From an uncultured Methanosarcinaceae archaeon (GTDB lineage Archaea > Halobacteriota > Methanosarcinia > Methanosarcinales > Methanosarcinaceae): a DNA stretch of 64,000 nt. This document shows, piece by piece, positions 22,492-34,371 of this stretch. How positions within the stretch are numbered: the stretch's first letter is position 1; the number at the start of each line of letters is the position of its first letter. A program made the translations under genes and the position numbers. Location of the stretch: contig CAVTET010000012.1 in assembly GCA_963733675.1 (NCBI GenBank), forward strand, positions 64,001-128,000, in the 5' to 3' direction. The notes below the pieces were generated by a model. It was given only the letters and a program-made list of their open reading frames with translations, had not been told where the DNA came from and ran no database searches.

Positions 22492-23109
22492 ATGGACACA
22501 ATTTGCTATGAAGCTTATAAAAATTTATACATTAACATTACTAATCGCTGCAGTGGAAACTGTATATTTTGCATCCGCAACTTTGCAGACGGAGTTCATG
22601 GATATGATCTTAGGCTTTCAAAGGAACCATCAATAGATGAAGTCATTGAAGTACTTGAAAAGCAGAATCTTTCTAAATATGAAGAAATAGTATTTGCAGG
22701 TCTTGGGGAGCCTACACTAAGATTCGAAGTCGTGCTCGCAGTAACACAATGGCTTAAAAACAGAAATCTCAAAGTCAGGCTAAATACCAATGGACATGTA
22801 GCCCTCATAAATCCCGAAAAGAATGTTATTCTCGAATTGAAAAACGTAGGAATAGATTCCATATCTGTTAGCCTGAATGCCGAGTCCGAAGTAAAATATA
22901 ATGAACTTTGCAGACCAATTCATAAAAACGCTTACAGAGCAGTACTTAATTTTATTAAGGGAGCAAGAAAGGCAGGAATCGGTATAAGAGTTACAGTAGT
23001 TAATTTGTTCAAAATAGATGTTGATAACTGTAAAAAGCTGGCAGAAAAGCTTGATTCTGAATTTCATGTAAGGGCATTATACGAGTCAGAAAATAACGAA
23101 ATTTATTAG
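22492..23109 (+). CDS. TatD-associated radical SAM protein
   Basis: LYINITNRCSGNCIFCIRN (CxxxCxxC), FAGLGEPTLR, LNTNG. Confidence 0.9.
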   Translation: MDTICYEAYKNLYINITNRCSGNCIFCIRNFADGVHGYDLRLSKEPSIDEVIEVLEKQNLSKYEEIVFAGLGEPTLRFEVVLAVTQWLKNRNLKVRLNTNGHVALINPEKNVILELKNVGIDSISVSLNAESEVKYNELCRPIHKNAYRAVLNFIKGARKAGIGIRVTVVNLFKIDVDNCKKLAEKLDSEFHVRALYESENNEIY

Positions 23110-24318
23110 ATATTTAATACCAGAATTGAAAATTCGTGTATTGTGATAATGTTGGGACTTGGGCAGTTGACTTAAATATCAATGCCATTACACCTTTAAT
23201 TGTCTAATATAACATTTCACTAATTTAGAGGCAATGATTTTCTAAACCAGATCTCTGTATTTCAACATACATCTTTCTTCAGTAAACATATTAGTTTAAA
23301 TACGACTATATCTAATTTCTCTCTAAATTGCTCTTAGAATGTTCAATTTAAATCTCAAAATTAGATCCTGCAAACCAAAATTAATGTATTTTTTATTTCA
23401 GAAATGAAAGGATATACGAAATCATAACTCAATATTTGAGTCATTTTGTTCGACATTTATGCATGAGAATTAAGAAATTTTTTAATAGCTTCTGCGATCA
23501 CAAAAATCTATTACTGTTTCCCACATTCTTGGACTGTAATTAATAAAATATCACGAAATTGGTAAAAGCTCTCCTATTTTTTATAAATAATTTATCAAGC
23601 TTGAGGATACAGTTTTTGCCTGCCTTGACTTCAATTTCAGCTTAAGATTTTTCTTTCATCTCGGTGTTGCTCTGCAAAAAGCGGATTTGAGATATCAAGG
23701 AATGTTGAATGAACTAATTTTTATGTCCATAAATCGTTGAAAATCATAATAAAGACTATTCCTGAGATACTTGTTTTCATTTTTGATCATGAATCAAGGA
23801 ACGACCAGTTTTATTAATTTCCTAACTAAAGAGAAGAAACTTTTGATCTCCTACACATTTCAAATCTCAAAAGCCTGTAATGTTTCAGAAGTATTAGAAA
23901 AAAACACTTCTTTTCCGGTTATTTTCAGAATCCATAGATTTGTTGGCTTCAATTTCCTCCTCTAATTCAGCAGCATATTCAACCAGCCTGTTTATGCGAG
24001 AATTTTCAGAGATTATCCGAAAAGTTTCATTCTTTTTCTGCAATCCTGGTGCCATACCTTTATGCAGTAGGGGGCATCATTTCCCTCAAAATACGGGACT
24101 TTCCATAGCAAGACGGTACCGTTTAACAAAGGAACTTACCTAAAAAAAGCAAGTTCTATTATGAGAGTTCGGATCAGTGGTACAGAGCCTGGCTTGGAGA
24201 CAACTTGCTAAGCAGTCCTTGGCATGTTCAGAAAATTTATCAACTTTCTATCAGCTCAATTATCAAAGACAAAAAGACTAACCAAAAAATGAACTGAATT
24301 ATTTACTAATTTATCTGC

Positions 24319-24810
24319 TTACTTAATAGTATCTTTTGATATATTGCATATCCCACAGCTCGGATCACAGAAATGTCCTATATTTTCTGCCCTTTCGTCT
24401 TCACTTCTTTTTTCTTCACTCGAAAATTCGGATGCAAGGGCTCTAGTACTATCTGCAAGCACTGCAGCATTTGAAAGAGATGCTCCTATCATTATAGCAT
24501 AAAATATACTCACTTTATTAATCCCTCTTCTTCTCGCGACTCTAATATGCATTCTGAGGCAATGATCACAGCGAAGGGCAGAAGCCACGCCTATGGAAAT
24601 AAGTTCAACTACATCCGGATCTAGACTCTGTAATCCTCTCATGATGGAGTTATCATAAATTGTTTTAGGGATAAATATTTCAGGGAAATCTTTCATAAAG
24701 TTTGTAATATAAGGGACTTCTCCATACTGCTTCCGAACATCTTCAAGGAGTTCTGGAACGACTTTTTCAGGAGAATTTTTCAACATTTCCACAATATCCT
24801 CAAGTTTCAT
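24319..24810 (-). CDS. Carboxymuconolactone decarboxylase/AhpD family protein
   Basis: ELISIGVASALRCDHCLRMH motif; Cys-rich tail CDPSCGIC. Confidence 0.9.
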   Translation of the reverse strand: MKLEDIVEMLKNSPEKVVPELLEDVRKQYGEVPYITNFMKDFPEIFIPKTIYDNSIMRGLQSLDPDVVELISIGVASALRCDHCLRMHIRVARRRGINKVSIFYAIMIGASLSNAAVLADSTRALASEFSSEEKRSEDERAENIGHFCDPSCGICNISKDTIK

Positions 24811-24949
24811 AAAAAACCACCAGTATGCACAACGTGGAAACTGTATTCCAACTCCGTTTTTCGGGCAACTTTACCGTATAAAGGATTAGTGAAAAGTCAC
24901 TAAACCAGTAAAAATTTGAAATATAACTTTTAACTTAATGGCAAATGTG

Positions 24950-25882
24950 TTAAATTGCAAAACCAACTTCAGATTTAGATTTGATCTTTATCAATATATA
25001 ATTTTTCATCTTTGACCTTGAAATATTTCCAAGCTCAGAAAGGATAACACCTTCATCAAATTCCAGCTTTTCAATTTTTTCATGAAATTCATCATATGGT
25101 AGTTTGACCCTGATCCCATCGAGCTGAAGGGTAAGCGGAGCAGGAGAAAGCGCACTTTGGATCTCAGGGATCTGATTTTCGATCTCCGTCATGACTTTGA
25201 CAGGAAAAACTGAGAGTGGATCTTTTGACTGTCGTTTTCGAATCTTATCGGCCACCTTTCCAATTTCTTTACTAAGTTTGTCAAGGGCGTTAACTTCGTC
25301 TACTTTCCTTAATCTGTGAGAAGTCCTTCCAATATTTCCAACATAAAGGTCTGCTCCGGGGACTTCCTCAGTTTTCAGATCAGGCCCACCTGTCACAACA
25401 ATGGGTATTTCGATACCTTCAAAGAGTTTTGGCTTCTTATTAATAATGCAGTCACTGAAGGCTCCGAATGTGAATACGGCAATATCATGTTCATTGATAA
25501 GTTTTTTTTCATAGTCCATAGATAGGGATACCCGTCGTCCCATACCTCTGGCGAGACCTATCATGTTTGTGTTAGCTCCAGGACCACGAAGGGATTCTGC
25601 GACATCACAGGCTGAATGCGGAAGGTGGTGAGAGGCAAGAGTCGGCGAAACAACTGCAATTTCCACGCCTGTTAGGGGAGCTTCTGTAATGATTCCAAGA
25701 AGTTCATCAGATTGCTTTTTTACAATCGGAACATCCTTTTTAGGAATAAGCATTATAAGGTTGACTTCAGTCCCAGTAACTACTTTTTGGATTACATAGC
25801 CTCCTAGATCTTCGAGCAGTTCAATTAAAAGGCCATGTTTATGGACACCACCAGTGTACAGATAGGGAGAGAGTATAGCCAT
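24950..25882 (-). CDS. mmp7: Methanogenesis marker protein 7 (McrC-like)
   Basis: YTGGVHKH, HHLPHSACD, IGLARGMG; operon position. Confidence 0.93.
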   Translation of the reverse strand: MAILSPYLYTGGVHKHGLLIELLEDLGGYVIQKVVTGTEVNLIMLIPKKDVPIVKKQSDELLGIITEAPLTGVEIAVVSPTLASHHLPHSACDVAESLRGPGANTNMIGLARGMGRRVSLSMDYEKKLINEHDIAVFTFGAFSDCIINKKPKLFEGIEIPIVVTGGPDLKTEEVPGADLYVGNIGRTSHRLRKVDEVNALDKLSKEIGKVADKIRKRQSKDPLSVFPVKVMTEIENQIPEIQSALSPAPLTLQLDGIRVKLPYDEFHEKIEKLEFDEGVILSELGNISRSKMKNYILIKIKSKSEVGFAI

Positions 25883-25883
25883 C

Positions 25884-26483
25884 TTATTTTTCCCCCGCTC
25901 CCTTCAATACTTCGAGCATTTTTTCTGCCTCTGTGATCCATTCATTTTTTAATGCCTCCTCGGACGCTACAAAAATAAAGCTATTACCTTTATACAGATG
26001 GTAGCGGACTCTAAAACCTTCTGGAGTTACTCGAATTGCAAAATCAACCAGATTTTCGTGGATCCTATGCCTTGGATCTGCAATCATCATTTCTTTAATA
26101 AAAGCCACTTCTTCTTCTGATCTATCCGTACTTATAGCTACGGTCAAGCGGTCCGGCTGGCTGATGTTAGCTTTTCCATAAAGCTTCCAAAGTTTCTCTA
26201 ACAGCTCCGGAATATACTTCTCTTTTTGAATCGAAATTATTATCTTCTTGGCTAATGATTTTGATTCCACTTCGGCAATATCAATTGTCTTAACCTTGCT
26301 GCCGACATCCCTGAGGATTATTACCATCTGAAAAAGGGAATCTTCAGGTCTTAACATAACCTTGATCCTTCCTATTGCCGGAGCAAGCTTGAGACTTGTA
26401 AGGTTATCCTCTATAATTTTTTTGTAAAACTCCTGCTCCGAAGCAATTACTGAATTTACAACAAAGGTCTCAAGGGAATCCAT
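25884..26483 (-). CDS. mmp17: Methanogenesis marker protein 17
   Basis: RVTPEGFRVR, FVASE; lies between mmp15 and mmp7. Confidence 0.9.
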   Translation of the reverse strand: MDSLETFVVNSVIASEQEFYKKIIEDNLTSLKLAPAIGRIKVMLRPEDSLFQMVIILRDVGSKVKTIDIAEVESKSLAKKIIISIQKEKYIPELLEKLWKLYGKANISQPDRLTVAISTDRSEEEVAFIKEMMIADPRHRIHENLVDFAIRVTPEGFRVRYHLYKGNSFIFVASEEALKNEWITEAEKMLEVLKGAGEK

Positions 26484-26490
26484 CTGTCTC

Positions 26491-27738
26491 TCACACATCC
26501 ACAAAGCCAGAAGCAAGCAAAGCTGCTCCTACAGCTCCTATTAAGTGGGAATTTTCCGGCACAATGACATTGAGCTTAAGGAGCTTTGTGAGAGCTTTTG
26601 GAACTCCTTCTATAAGAGAAGATCCACCTACAAGAATCAAAGGCTCTCTAACATCTACTTCCTGCAGTTGCTGTTCGTATATCTGTTCCACAACACTATA
26701 GCAGGCTGCAGCCGCCACATCTTCTGGTGTAGCTCCTTTGGCAAGAGAATTTACGAGAGACTGTATTCCGAAAACTATACAGTAACTATTCATAAATACA
26801 TTTTCTTGCATTCCTTTGACTGCCATAGCTCCAAAATCAGTTATATCTACACCAAGACGCTTTGAGATCATTTCAAAGAAGCGCCCTGAAGCTCCGGCAC
26901 AGATACCTCCCATTGTAAACATTCCAGGAATACCGTCCTCAACTGATATTGCTTTATTGTCCATGCCACCTATATCAATAACTGTTGCAGAACCTTTCTG
27001 CCTATTCGCAAGATAAACAGCTCCCTTAGAGTTTACAGTGATTTCTTCCTGGATAAGTTGTGCTTTGAAGTGGTTTCCTACTAAAAAGCGTCCATACCCA
27101 GTAGTTCCCAAGGCCTGAATTTCTTCTATGGAAACCCCAGCTTCTTTCAGAGCAAGAGAATATGCTTCTTCTGCGCTTTCAATAACTTTTGTTGTAGGCA
27201 CCCAACCTTTGCCTATAATTTTATTATCTTTCATAACCACTGCTTTTGTAGTTGTTGACCCAGAGTCTATTCCTACAGTCAGTCCTGACTGAATCTCTCT
27301 TGTAAGAAGGTGCTTTCGCCTGACAATAGTTGTCAGAGCTTCCAGACGAGTAAGCAAGGTTCCTGCACTGGTGCGTTCGGTAAACGAATAACTAATTACT
27401 GGGATGCTTGAGTTCTTATGGATGTACCTTCGAACCTCATTTCTGACAATAGCCCCTTCAGCACAGCGAAAGCATGTGGTAATAAAAACTCCGTCTACAT
27501 TGGTTGTGCCCTCAACAATAGCTTTTGCACGTGCCATCATGAGCCTCAGGTCTCCGCTTGCAACCTCAAGGCCGAAATCCCTACCTATTGTATCCATGTC
27601 TGCGACGTCAATCTCAGGGTAAACGAACTTTGCATTCACTTTGTCTGCAGCAGATTCAAACTCAGGCTGAACCCCGGAATACTCAGAACCGCAGGATACA
27701 AGAGCAATCTTGACAGGTTTCAGTTCTTCAGAACTCAT
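26491..27738 (-). CDS. mmp15: Methanogenesis marker protein 15 (BadF/BcrAD-type activator ATPase)
   Basis: [45 protein letters not shown]. Confidence 0.95.
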   Translation of the reverse strand: MSSEELKPVKIALVSCGSEYSGVQPEFESAADKVNAKFVYPEIDVADMDTIGRDFGLEVASGDLRLMMARAKAIVEGTTNVDGVFITTCFRCAEGAIVRNEVRRYIHKNSSIPVISYSFTERTSAGTLLTRLEALTTIVRRKHLLTREIQSGLTVGIDSGSTTTKAVVMKDNKIIGKGWVPTTKVIESAEEAYSLALKEAGVSIEEIQALGTTGYGRFLVGNHFKAQLIQEEITVNSKGAVYLANRQKGSATVIDIGGMDNKAISVEDGIPGMFTMGGICAGASGRFFEMISKRLGVDITDFGAMAVKGMQENVFMNSYCIVFGIQSLVNSLAKGATPEDVAAAACYSVVEQIYEQQLQEVDVREPLILVGGSSLIEGVPKALTKLLKLNVIVPENSHLIGAVGAALLASGFVDV

Positions 27739-28238
27739 TTTCCGGTCTCCTTTTCTGAAGGTTCTTTATCTGCTACTTTTTCATCATCTCCCAACTTTTC
27801 TTTAGGCAATGATTTCAGAAACTTTGCTATTTTACTTACAAAGTCATGCGCTTCCTCGTCTAACTCTGGATACTTTACCTCTAGAACTGGTATCCCTTTC
27901 GAGCGAATCAAATATTTCATCAGTTCATTAGTACGATTGCAACCAACACAACCGAAGCTTGTAGGTGGATTTTCAACTATTATTGAAGCCTCTGCATCTT
28001 CTATAAGGGGCCCTATTAGGGCCATCCTGCCTCTTACTCCAGGAGGAACTTCAATTGCAGCATACCGAAGTCCTAATTTAGGATCTTCAGGAGTGATATT
28101 TAGAGGGGGAGAATCCAAGCTAATATTTGTAACCTTTTCTCTTATTTGGTTCATAATGACAAGAGGCTTGTGCCCAAAGCGCTCAACAAGGTCAGCCAAA
28201 ATAAGACTATTTACAGGATAAATGAAAACCTTTGCCAA
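27735..28238 (-). CDS. mmp5: Methanogenesis marker protein 5
   Basis: TTG start with SD GAGGTGA; [31 protein letters not shown]. Confidence 0.93.
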   Translation of the reverse strand: MAKVFIYPVNSLILADLVERFGHKPLVIMNQIREKVTNISLDSPPLNITPEDPKLGLRYAAIEVPPGVRGRMALIGPLIEDAEASIIVENPPTSFGCVGCNRTNELMKYLIRSKGIPVLEVKYPELDEEAHDFVSKIAKFLKSLPKEKLGDDEKVADKEPSEKETGK

Positions 28239-28242
28239 AAAC

Positions 28243-28686
28243 TCACCTCGCAAGCTCCTCTTCAATAATTTTTTCTAAAACAGAAACTTTAATCCTGGAT
28301 TTCTCATTAACTTTTTCTCTTACAGGTACTTTCTTTTCCAGTTCATCAAGTGCAATTCCTATAGCAGGGAGCATCTTGACCTCTTCTCTAAGGAAATGGA
28401 ATCCCGGCCGTGCCCCCCCTCCAAGAGTTGCACGGCAACGCCTTTCGTCTCCTGCCGGAAATCCTCTATCTTTTATAAAAATGTGATTTTTATCCAGCTG
28501 CCTGATTTTTTCGATCACTGTCTGGACATCCTCCTTCGGTCCTGTTACTATAAGTCCAAAACATGTCTCTTTCACCGTAACCGAGAACTCCGATTCATAG
28601 ATTTTCATAGCTGCATCTGATGGCAGCACTTTATCTGAACTGATTACAATGTACTTTGTAACCGTTTCATTTTTTGTTTCCGTCAT
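28243..28686 (-). CDS. mmp6: Methanogenesis marker protein 6
   Basis: KETCFG, KDRGFPAGDERRCRA..GGARPGFH. Confidence 0.93.
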   Translation of the reverse strand: MTETKNETVTKYIVISSDKVLPSDAAMKIYESEFSVTVKETCFGLIVTGPKEDVQTVIEKIRQLDKNHIFIKDRGFPAGDERRCRATLGGGARPGFHFLREEVKMLPAIGIALDELEKKVPVREKVNEKSRIKVSVLEKIIEEELAR

Positions 28687-28976
28687 CTTTTGTCTCTCCT
28701 CAGCAACGGGAAACTTCAAATTCGATGGATTCCTACCGCGATTCTTCTTAAGCACTCACATTATATTTAGCAAGCACATTACAATGAGTTAACTTACTTA
28801 TTAGCAAGCTTTTAACAAAGTAGCAGCCAGCTTATTTGTTAGTTTTTAATTTACTTTTTATTACCACGATAAAGTATGAATAATACTTTTTATATATTAC
28901 AGCTTTATATTTATTAGATTAGCCATTATCACATCGTCTTCCCTTAAATCTCATTTTCTTAGCATTTTATTTCAGT

Positions 28977-30533
28977 TTACTTGCATAATACTTCACTTAC
29001 GTATATCGCATCTCCTTCCTTGAGATCTTTAAGCTTCGAAGGCTCGATAATCCTTCCTATAAGGTTTGTTGAGGAAAATTTTTCTCCAGTGGGACCGAAC
29101 AGATCATCATCTATAAGTTTGACACCTATAGTCCCCATCCTCTTTGCTGCCTGGTTTGTGATCCCTATTTCTCCAGCAAGTATCTTGTTCATTGGCGTAT
29201 TCTCTGGAAGGATTTCTTTATATTTTACGGTTTCTTTTTCAGTTTTGAACAGGTAAGTATTATCATATACCATGTAGACAGGCAATTTTCCGACTGTTTT
29301 TGTCTTAAGTCCAAGAGAATGACGGAAGAAGTCTACAGATTTAGGTGCTTTCTCAGGGTAAAGTTCAATTTCAATAAGTTTCGCCTTGGACACTGCATAA
29401 GCAGTTACTTTTGCTTCTCCAAGAATTTCCAGTGTTGTAGATGGATCATGACTGACAATTACTGCATCCCTCCCAGTATATCCAGCCTTTATTAGTTCAA
29501 TTCCTATGGAGGAAAGTACGGGATTAATCTCTTCAAAACTATGCCCAAGAAGTATTATCTGTGGAGGGATACTTTCAACTGATATTTTCTGGCCCACTTC
29601 TGCAAGCTTTATGAGTTCAATACCCTTAGTTACATGTCCTACAATCGAATGTACAAGACTTGAAGGCCGTTCTTCTTTGTAGATATAAGTTCTGCCTGTT
29701 CCGTATCCTACTGTGCGGATCGAAATAGCACCCTCGCTCCTCGGCTCAAAATTTTCGTATGGAACAGGTTCTCCTTTAAGGCTATCATCCGAGATAAATG
29801 AGCTAGTAAACACATCTACAGTAAGTGTTCCTTCACGGATCAGGGCATAAAATTGTTCTGCTCCTATTGGAGAGTTTCGGGAAAGCTCAGCCTCAAGATA
29901 AGTAAATATCCCATTCCCATTTTCAAGAGGTGTGGAAAGGTCAGTAGTGAAGGCTTTGTTTGAGAGTTGTTCCCATTCTATAATGGGCTTGATATTCAAA
30001 ATGCTATCATCTCTCGAAAGTGTGAACAAAATTTGTCTTCCGGTTACTATTTCTGCAAATACACTGTCCTTAGGAGCCCCATACTCTGCAGTATGTCTTT
30101 TTCGTGAAAATATAAGGTGAGTATTACTGGGGTCAAAACCTCCTGCACCAAAAAGGACATCAAATGTTTCAAAGCTTTTGACTTCGTGCAAAGGCTTAAT
30201 ATCGGCCTCAAAAGGCCCGAAAGCCAGAGCGTCAGGACTAGCCCAGTGTACAGATTTTCCCTCATATTCTTTAAAATGCTCAGTCCATAATTTTCCTGAG
30301 GGAGACTCGTGATTTTTAAGTTCGATCCTGAATTCCCCCTTAGGAGTATCGATAGCATATTCGGTGATTATCTCCATCCTTTTCGCAGCAGTCTCTTTCA
30401 GAATAACAATTGCTGTATCATCTATGTAGGGAGCTCTGGAAATTTTAAGGACATCTCCAAGGGTAGAGCCTGCAGGTAAAGTGTATTTTTGACCGTTCAC
30501 CTCTACGCTGATCTCATTACTCGTAATCAGCAC
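28977..30533 (-). CDS. mmp3: Methanogenesis marker protein 3
   Basis: AFGPF, GEIGITNQA, FGPTGEKF..TN; follows atwA. Confidence 0.93.
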   Translation of the reverse strand: MLITSNEISVEVNGQKYTLPAGSTLGDVLKISRAPYIDDTAIVILKETAAKRMEIITEYAIDTPKGEFRIELKNHESPSGKLWTEHFKEYEGKSVHWASPDALAFGPFEADIKPLHEVKSFETFDVLFGAGGFDPSNTHLIFSRKRHTAEYGAPKDSVFAEIVTGRQILFTLSRDDSILNIKPIIEWEQLSNKAFTTDLSTPLENGNGIFTYLEAELSRNSPIGAEQFYALIREGTLTVDVFTSSFISDDSLKGEPVPYENFEPRSEGAISIRTVGYGTGRTYIYKEERPSSLVHSIVGHVTKGIELIKLAEVGQKISVESIPPQIILLGHSFEEINPVLSSIGIELIKAGYTGRDAVIVSHDPSTTLEILGEAKVTAYAVSKAKLIEIELYPEKAPKSVDFFRHSLGLKTKTVGKLPVYMVYDNTYLFKTEKETVKYKEILPENTPMNKILAGEIGITNQAAKRMGTIGVKLIDDDLFGPTGEKFSSTNLIGRIIEPSKLKDLKEGDAIYVSEVLCK

Positions 30534-30574
30534 CTCATTTTAGCATTTTTTTATACAAAAAGGTGGCAGAATAT

Positions 30575-32188
30575 TTATAATTCTTCTGCAGCTTTGATCC
30601 ATTCTTCTTCAGTGAGCTGTGAAAGCACATTCTTCGGTTTCCCTATATCTACAATCTTCCCTTCCCGCATGAGCGCCACACGGTCACAGATCTCGTTTAC
30701 AAAATCCATGTCATGAGAAACGATAAAAAAGGTTTCTCCGATTTCTTCTCTAGCTTTAAGAATGGAGGTTGCCACAGATATCTTAGTAATTGGGTCCATC
30801 GTTCCTGTAGGTTCATCCATTATTACGATCCTCGGCTCCTTTATAAGTACCTGTGCAAGTGCAATTCTATGTCGCTCTCCTTCACTTGTTTCATCAGTCA
30901 TTTTGGGTAAAATAGCTTTTGCTTTTTCTTCTTCAAAGCCTGCAGCTTTGAGCGTGATTAAAGCTTTTCTGACACCAAGTTCGAAAGGCAAGTCCAAGCT
31001 GATAGATTCAGTGAGGTTATCTATTACAGAGCTTTGAGTGTAGAGACCATATTCTTGGTGTAAGAATCCCATATATTTGGTTGCTCTTCCTTTATTTTCG
31101 ACTCCCAGCTTTGTCATATCAACCCATTCGTCTCCCACACGAACCTGAACTCCCCCAGATGTAGGTTGTAAAATTCCCATCAGAATCTTTGAGGTGGTAG
31201 TCTTGCCTGCTCCGCTAACACCGACTAGCCCAAATATTTCGCCTTCTTTTACATCAAAAGAGATTTTATCCACAGCTCTTACTACACCACGATCTACCGA
31301 TATATAACGTTTAGAGAGGTCCTTTACTCGGATTATAGGCTCTCCTATCATTGTGTTCTTTTCTTGCTTCACCATGCATATGCTCTTCATAAAAATTGTA
31401 GAGACCTCAAGAGAGTTCCCCTCTTGAACGATCTCTCCATTTTCAAGGAGAATCGCCTTATCTGCTAGATTTTCGATGACCTCAGGCCAGTGGGAAGTAA
31501 AGATCATGCTCATATTGTAATTCCTTACTGCTTTAATAATTGCATCATGTACTAACTTTGCAGTCATTGGATCGAGGGTACCGGTTGGCTCATCAGCTAT
31601 CAAGAGCAAGGGATTTCTTACCAGCTGTCTCGCAAGTACAACCCTCTGTTTTTCTCCACCTGAAAGTTCTCTTGCAACATGCATCATGCGGTGGCCCAAG
31701 TTTACTTCTTCCAGTAATTCAACTGCTTTTTTTACGGAATTCTGTCCCTGATACCCAATTTCATGTAGGGAGTTTATAACGTTTACAATAACTCTTTCAT
31801 CACCATAAAGAGCAAAGGAACGCTGCAACATGATTGCAATTCTTTTGCTAATATCTTTCCTTATCGGATCATAAAGGGGAAGTTTTATAAAATCAGCTTC
31901 AAAAGCTTCGAATATCTCTCCACAAACCGGACACTTCTGGTTTTTCATACTTGGGCGTTCTATGTATCCGCATTTCTTGCAACGAGCAAGATGGTAAATT
32001 ACTTCACCTGAGATATTTTTGTAAGATTCAGTCCCGCGCAACACATGCAGCAGGATTGTTTTTCCTGACCCACTTTTCCCCAAAACTCCAACTATTTCCC
32101 CTTCATTGATGCTTAAATTTATATTTTTCAGCGCTTTAAGACCTTCAAAATCTACATTTAAATTTTTAATTTCAATGAACACTGGCAT
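30575..32188 (-). CDS. atwA: Methyl-coenzyme M reductase system component A2
   Basis: Two ABC domains ([16 protein letters not shown]), Zn-binding CKKC..CPVC insert, no permease partner; SD GGAGGAG. Confidence 0.96.
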   Translation of the reverse strand: MPVFIEIKNLNVDFEGLKALKNINLSINEGEIVGVLGKSGSGKTILLHVLRGTESYKNISGEVIYHLARCKKCGYIERPSMKNQKCPVCGEIFEAFEADFIKLPLYDPIRKDISKRIAIMLQRSFALYGDERVIVNVINSLHEIGYQGQNSVKKAVELLEEVNLGHRMMHVARELSGGEKQRVVLARQLVRNPLLLIADEPTGTLDPMTAKLVHDAIIKAVRNYNMSMIFTSHWPEVIENLADKAILLENGEIVQEGNSLEVSTIFMKSICMVKQEKNTMIGEPIIRVKDLSKRYISVDRGVVRAVDKISFDVKEGEIFGLVGVSGAGKTTTSKILMGILQPTSGGVQVRVGDEWVDMTKLGVENKGRATKYMGFLHQEYGLYTQSSVIDNLTESISLDLPFELGVRKALITLKAAGFEEEKAKAILPKMTDETSEGERHRIALAQVLIKEPRIVIMDEPTGTMDPITKISVATSILKAREEIGETFFIVSHDMDFVNEICDRVALMREGKIVDIGKPKNVLSQLTEEEWIKAAEEL

Positions 32189-32561
32189 TAATTCTCCTCC
32201 AAATTGTGAGCTGTAAATAACTTTATGGTGGTTCTTTCTTGCCTGCTTGAGCATGTCGTTGAAAGTGAAAAGCTATGACTTCAAGTAAATAATGCATTAT
32301 ATAAATAATAAATTTCACCCATTTGAGCAACAAATACATGAGAGTAAACATTACATAAATATACCGTATTATTTTTCCACTGTTAACATTAAAAATTAGG
32401 ATCATTTAGAAATTTGGCCCATTAATATTAGTTCTATTTATAATAGAGGATTTGATAAAAATCATAAATATCGTCATATGCCAATAAATAATATATAAAT
32501 GACTCATTAAAATCAGAGATTTATCAAAATTCTCTTTATTAATTACATGTCATATAGGCCA

Positions 32562-33362
32562 TTATAGCCTTTTTATTACATCCACAACTTCAATTATATC
32601 ATCAATTATCATATCTGCTGCTGCTCTTAGTTTTTCAGGTCTTTGATCTCCTTGTTGTGTTGTCATTATCCCCACGTCTGCTGCTCTAAGAGCCAATATA
32701 TCATTGATCCCATCACCTACCATAACTACTTTTTCGTACTTCTTTTTCAGTTCAAGCACTAGATTTTCCTTCATGAAAGTGTTTGAAAGGGGGAATACCT
32801 TTTCCGGAGAAATGTTTATAAATTCAGCAAGTTTCGTGAGGGCGAACACTCCATCCCCTGAAGCTATATACGTATCCACTTTCATGGCCTGGAGAGTCTG
32901 AATAGTTTGGAGGGTAGTGCTGAATACATGCCCACCTGTACTAAGGACATAGGGCACGCTTTTGACCTCTGAGTCAATTATCAAGCCAGAAGCACGATAA
33001 AAAATGTCCGGGCAGCGGTATGTGACCATTTCCAATACATCATGCAAGTCGCTCATAAAAAGTGCGGTCCCTTCTATAATCTCGTAGGCAATAGCTGGGG
33101 AAAATTTTCCTTTTGAACAGCTTATACCAAGTGAAATTCTGTGTTCTTTTATAAACTCAAACAAAGGCATATCTTTCCTTGAACTCAGGATTATATCGCT
33201 TTCGGTATTGAAAACAACAAGCCCACATCCATTTTTTTGAGCGACAATAGCAGTGCTCTCGATATTTTCAAGAATATTCCCGGTGCTGGCTTCCTTTGCA
33301 ACCCTGTACATATGTAGGAGGGTTCCAGCACTGTCAAAAATCACTGCAATTTTTTTAGCCAT
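32562..33362 (-). CDS. HAD-superfamily hydrolase (soluble P-type-ATPase-like)
   Basis: FDSAGTL, IASGD, MVGDGIND motifs. Confidence 0.9.
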   Translation of the reverse strand: MAKKIAVIFDSAGTLLHMYRVAKEASTGNILENIESTAIVAQKNGCGLVVFNTESDIILSSRKDMPLFEFIKEHRISLGISCSKGKFSPAIAYEIIEGTALFMSDLHDVLEMVTYRCPDIFYRASGLIIDSEVKSVPYVLSTGGHVFSTTLQTIQTLQAMKVDTYIASGDGVFALTKLAEFINISPEKVFPLSNTFMKENLVLELKKKYEKVVMVGDGINDILALRAADVGIMTTQQGDQRPEKLRAAADMIIDDIIEVVDVIKRL

Positions 33363-33474
33363 ATTAAGTAATAAGCTGTAAAATAAAAAAAATCTATGTA
33401 AAAACCAAAAGAACTGCAAGGAATTGGAATTTTATAAAAAAAATGAAAACTTGGATTAAGTCAAATTTATCCTT

Positions 33475-34371
33475 TCAAGTAATTGATGACCCTGATAGTA
33501 GAACACCGATAAAAAATCCAAGGATTACTCCTGAATTCAGAAAAGGAAGTCCTGCCTGTGGTTTTCCTTTCATTACGAGAACAAAAAGCACTACAAACCC
33601 TGCAAGGGTACCCAACATTGCTCCTAGTACTGGATAGGTGTTTCCTCCAGTGTTATTTATAAAAATGCTTGCTGAGACCACAAGAAGCGTGGGCATTATG
33701 GCATCTCCAAGGCCCATGAAAAAAGCTTCTCGTTCCTCTCCCTTTTCAACTTTTTCTTGTAGGAAGGAATACTTTGAGTGCTTTGGGATCACGAATAGAA
33801 TGGGGAGTTTGAGATCCATAATACCCTCGGCCATGGTTATCATATGCTTTGTCCTGTACACTGATATGGCATCATAGATTGCAAGGAGCATTAGGAGAAA
33901 AATAACCGGGATAACTGAAAGGGAGATCCCTATCAAAGCACTGACCCCACCTGCAGTGCAAATTCCCACAAGGTCAATTAAGTACCATTCAGGATACTTG
34001 TAAAGCAGCACTGTCACTCCTACAGATACCAGAATTGAGACAATAGCTTCAAATCCGGAGAGAGGTGGCAGGAGGGTGAAAAGAGCATAGAATACATAAT
34101 AGAGAGTGCTTATTATGGCGAAATATATGAGGAAACTGATAATAAATTTCATATTTTTCTTTATTGCGATCAAGACAAACAAAGTGAAAACCAATATTAA
34201 TCCCATATAATAGATAACGTTGGACAGTTGAGTTGGGTCCTCAAAAGTTTTCATCCCGCTAACTTCCATGGGTGTGGATAAAAACAGTGCAAGAACCTGT
34301 ACCGTAATGATAAGTCCTCCCATAGGAAGAATAGGTAAATAATCTTTAAGTGATCGTTCGCTGGAATTCAA
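33475..34371 (-). CDS. Presenilin-family GxGD intramembrane aspartyl protease (PSH)
   Basis: Multi-TM; YD, GLGD and AGLP motifs. Confidence 0.93.
   Translation of the reverse strand: MNSSERSLKDYLPILPMGGLIITVQVLALFLSTPMEVSGMKTFEDPTQLSNVIYYMGLILVFTLFVLIAIKKNMKFIISFLIYFAIISTLYYVFYALFTLLPPLSGFEAIVSILVSVGVTVLLYKYPEWYLIDLVGICTAGGVSALIGISLSVIPVIFLLMLLAIYDAISVYRTKHMITMAEGIMDLKLPILFVIPKHSKYSFLQEKVEKGEEREAFFMGLGDAIMPTLLVVSASIFINNTGGNTYPVLGAMLGTLAGFVVLFVLVMKGKPQAGLPFLNSGVILGFFIGVLLSGSSIT

Noticed and set aside
23450-24060. Decayed minus-strand gene
   Set aside because: Coding-like fragments, but no family could be recognised.
27418-28221. 267-aa plus-strand ORF and other antisense ORFs over core genes
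   Set aside because: Shadow frames of mmp15/mmp5 and other well-supported genes.
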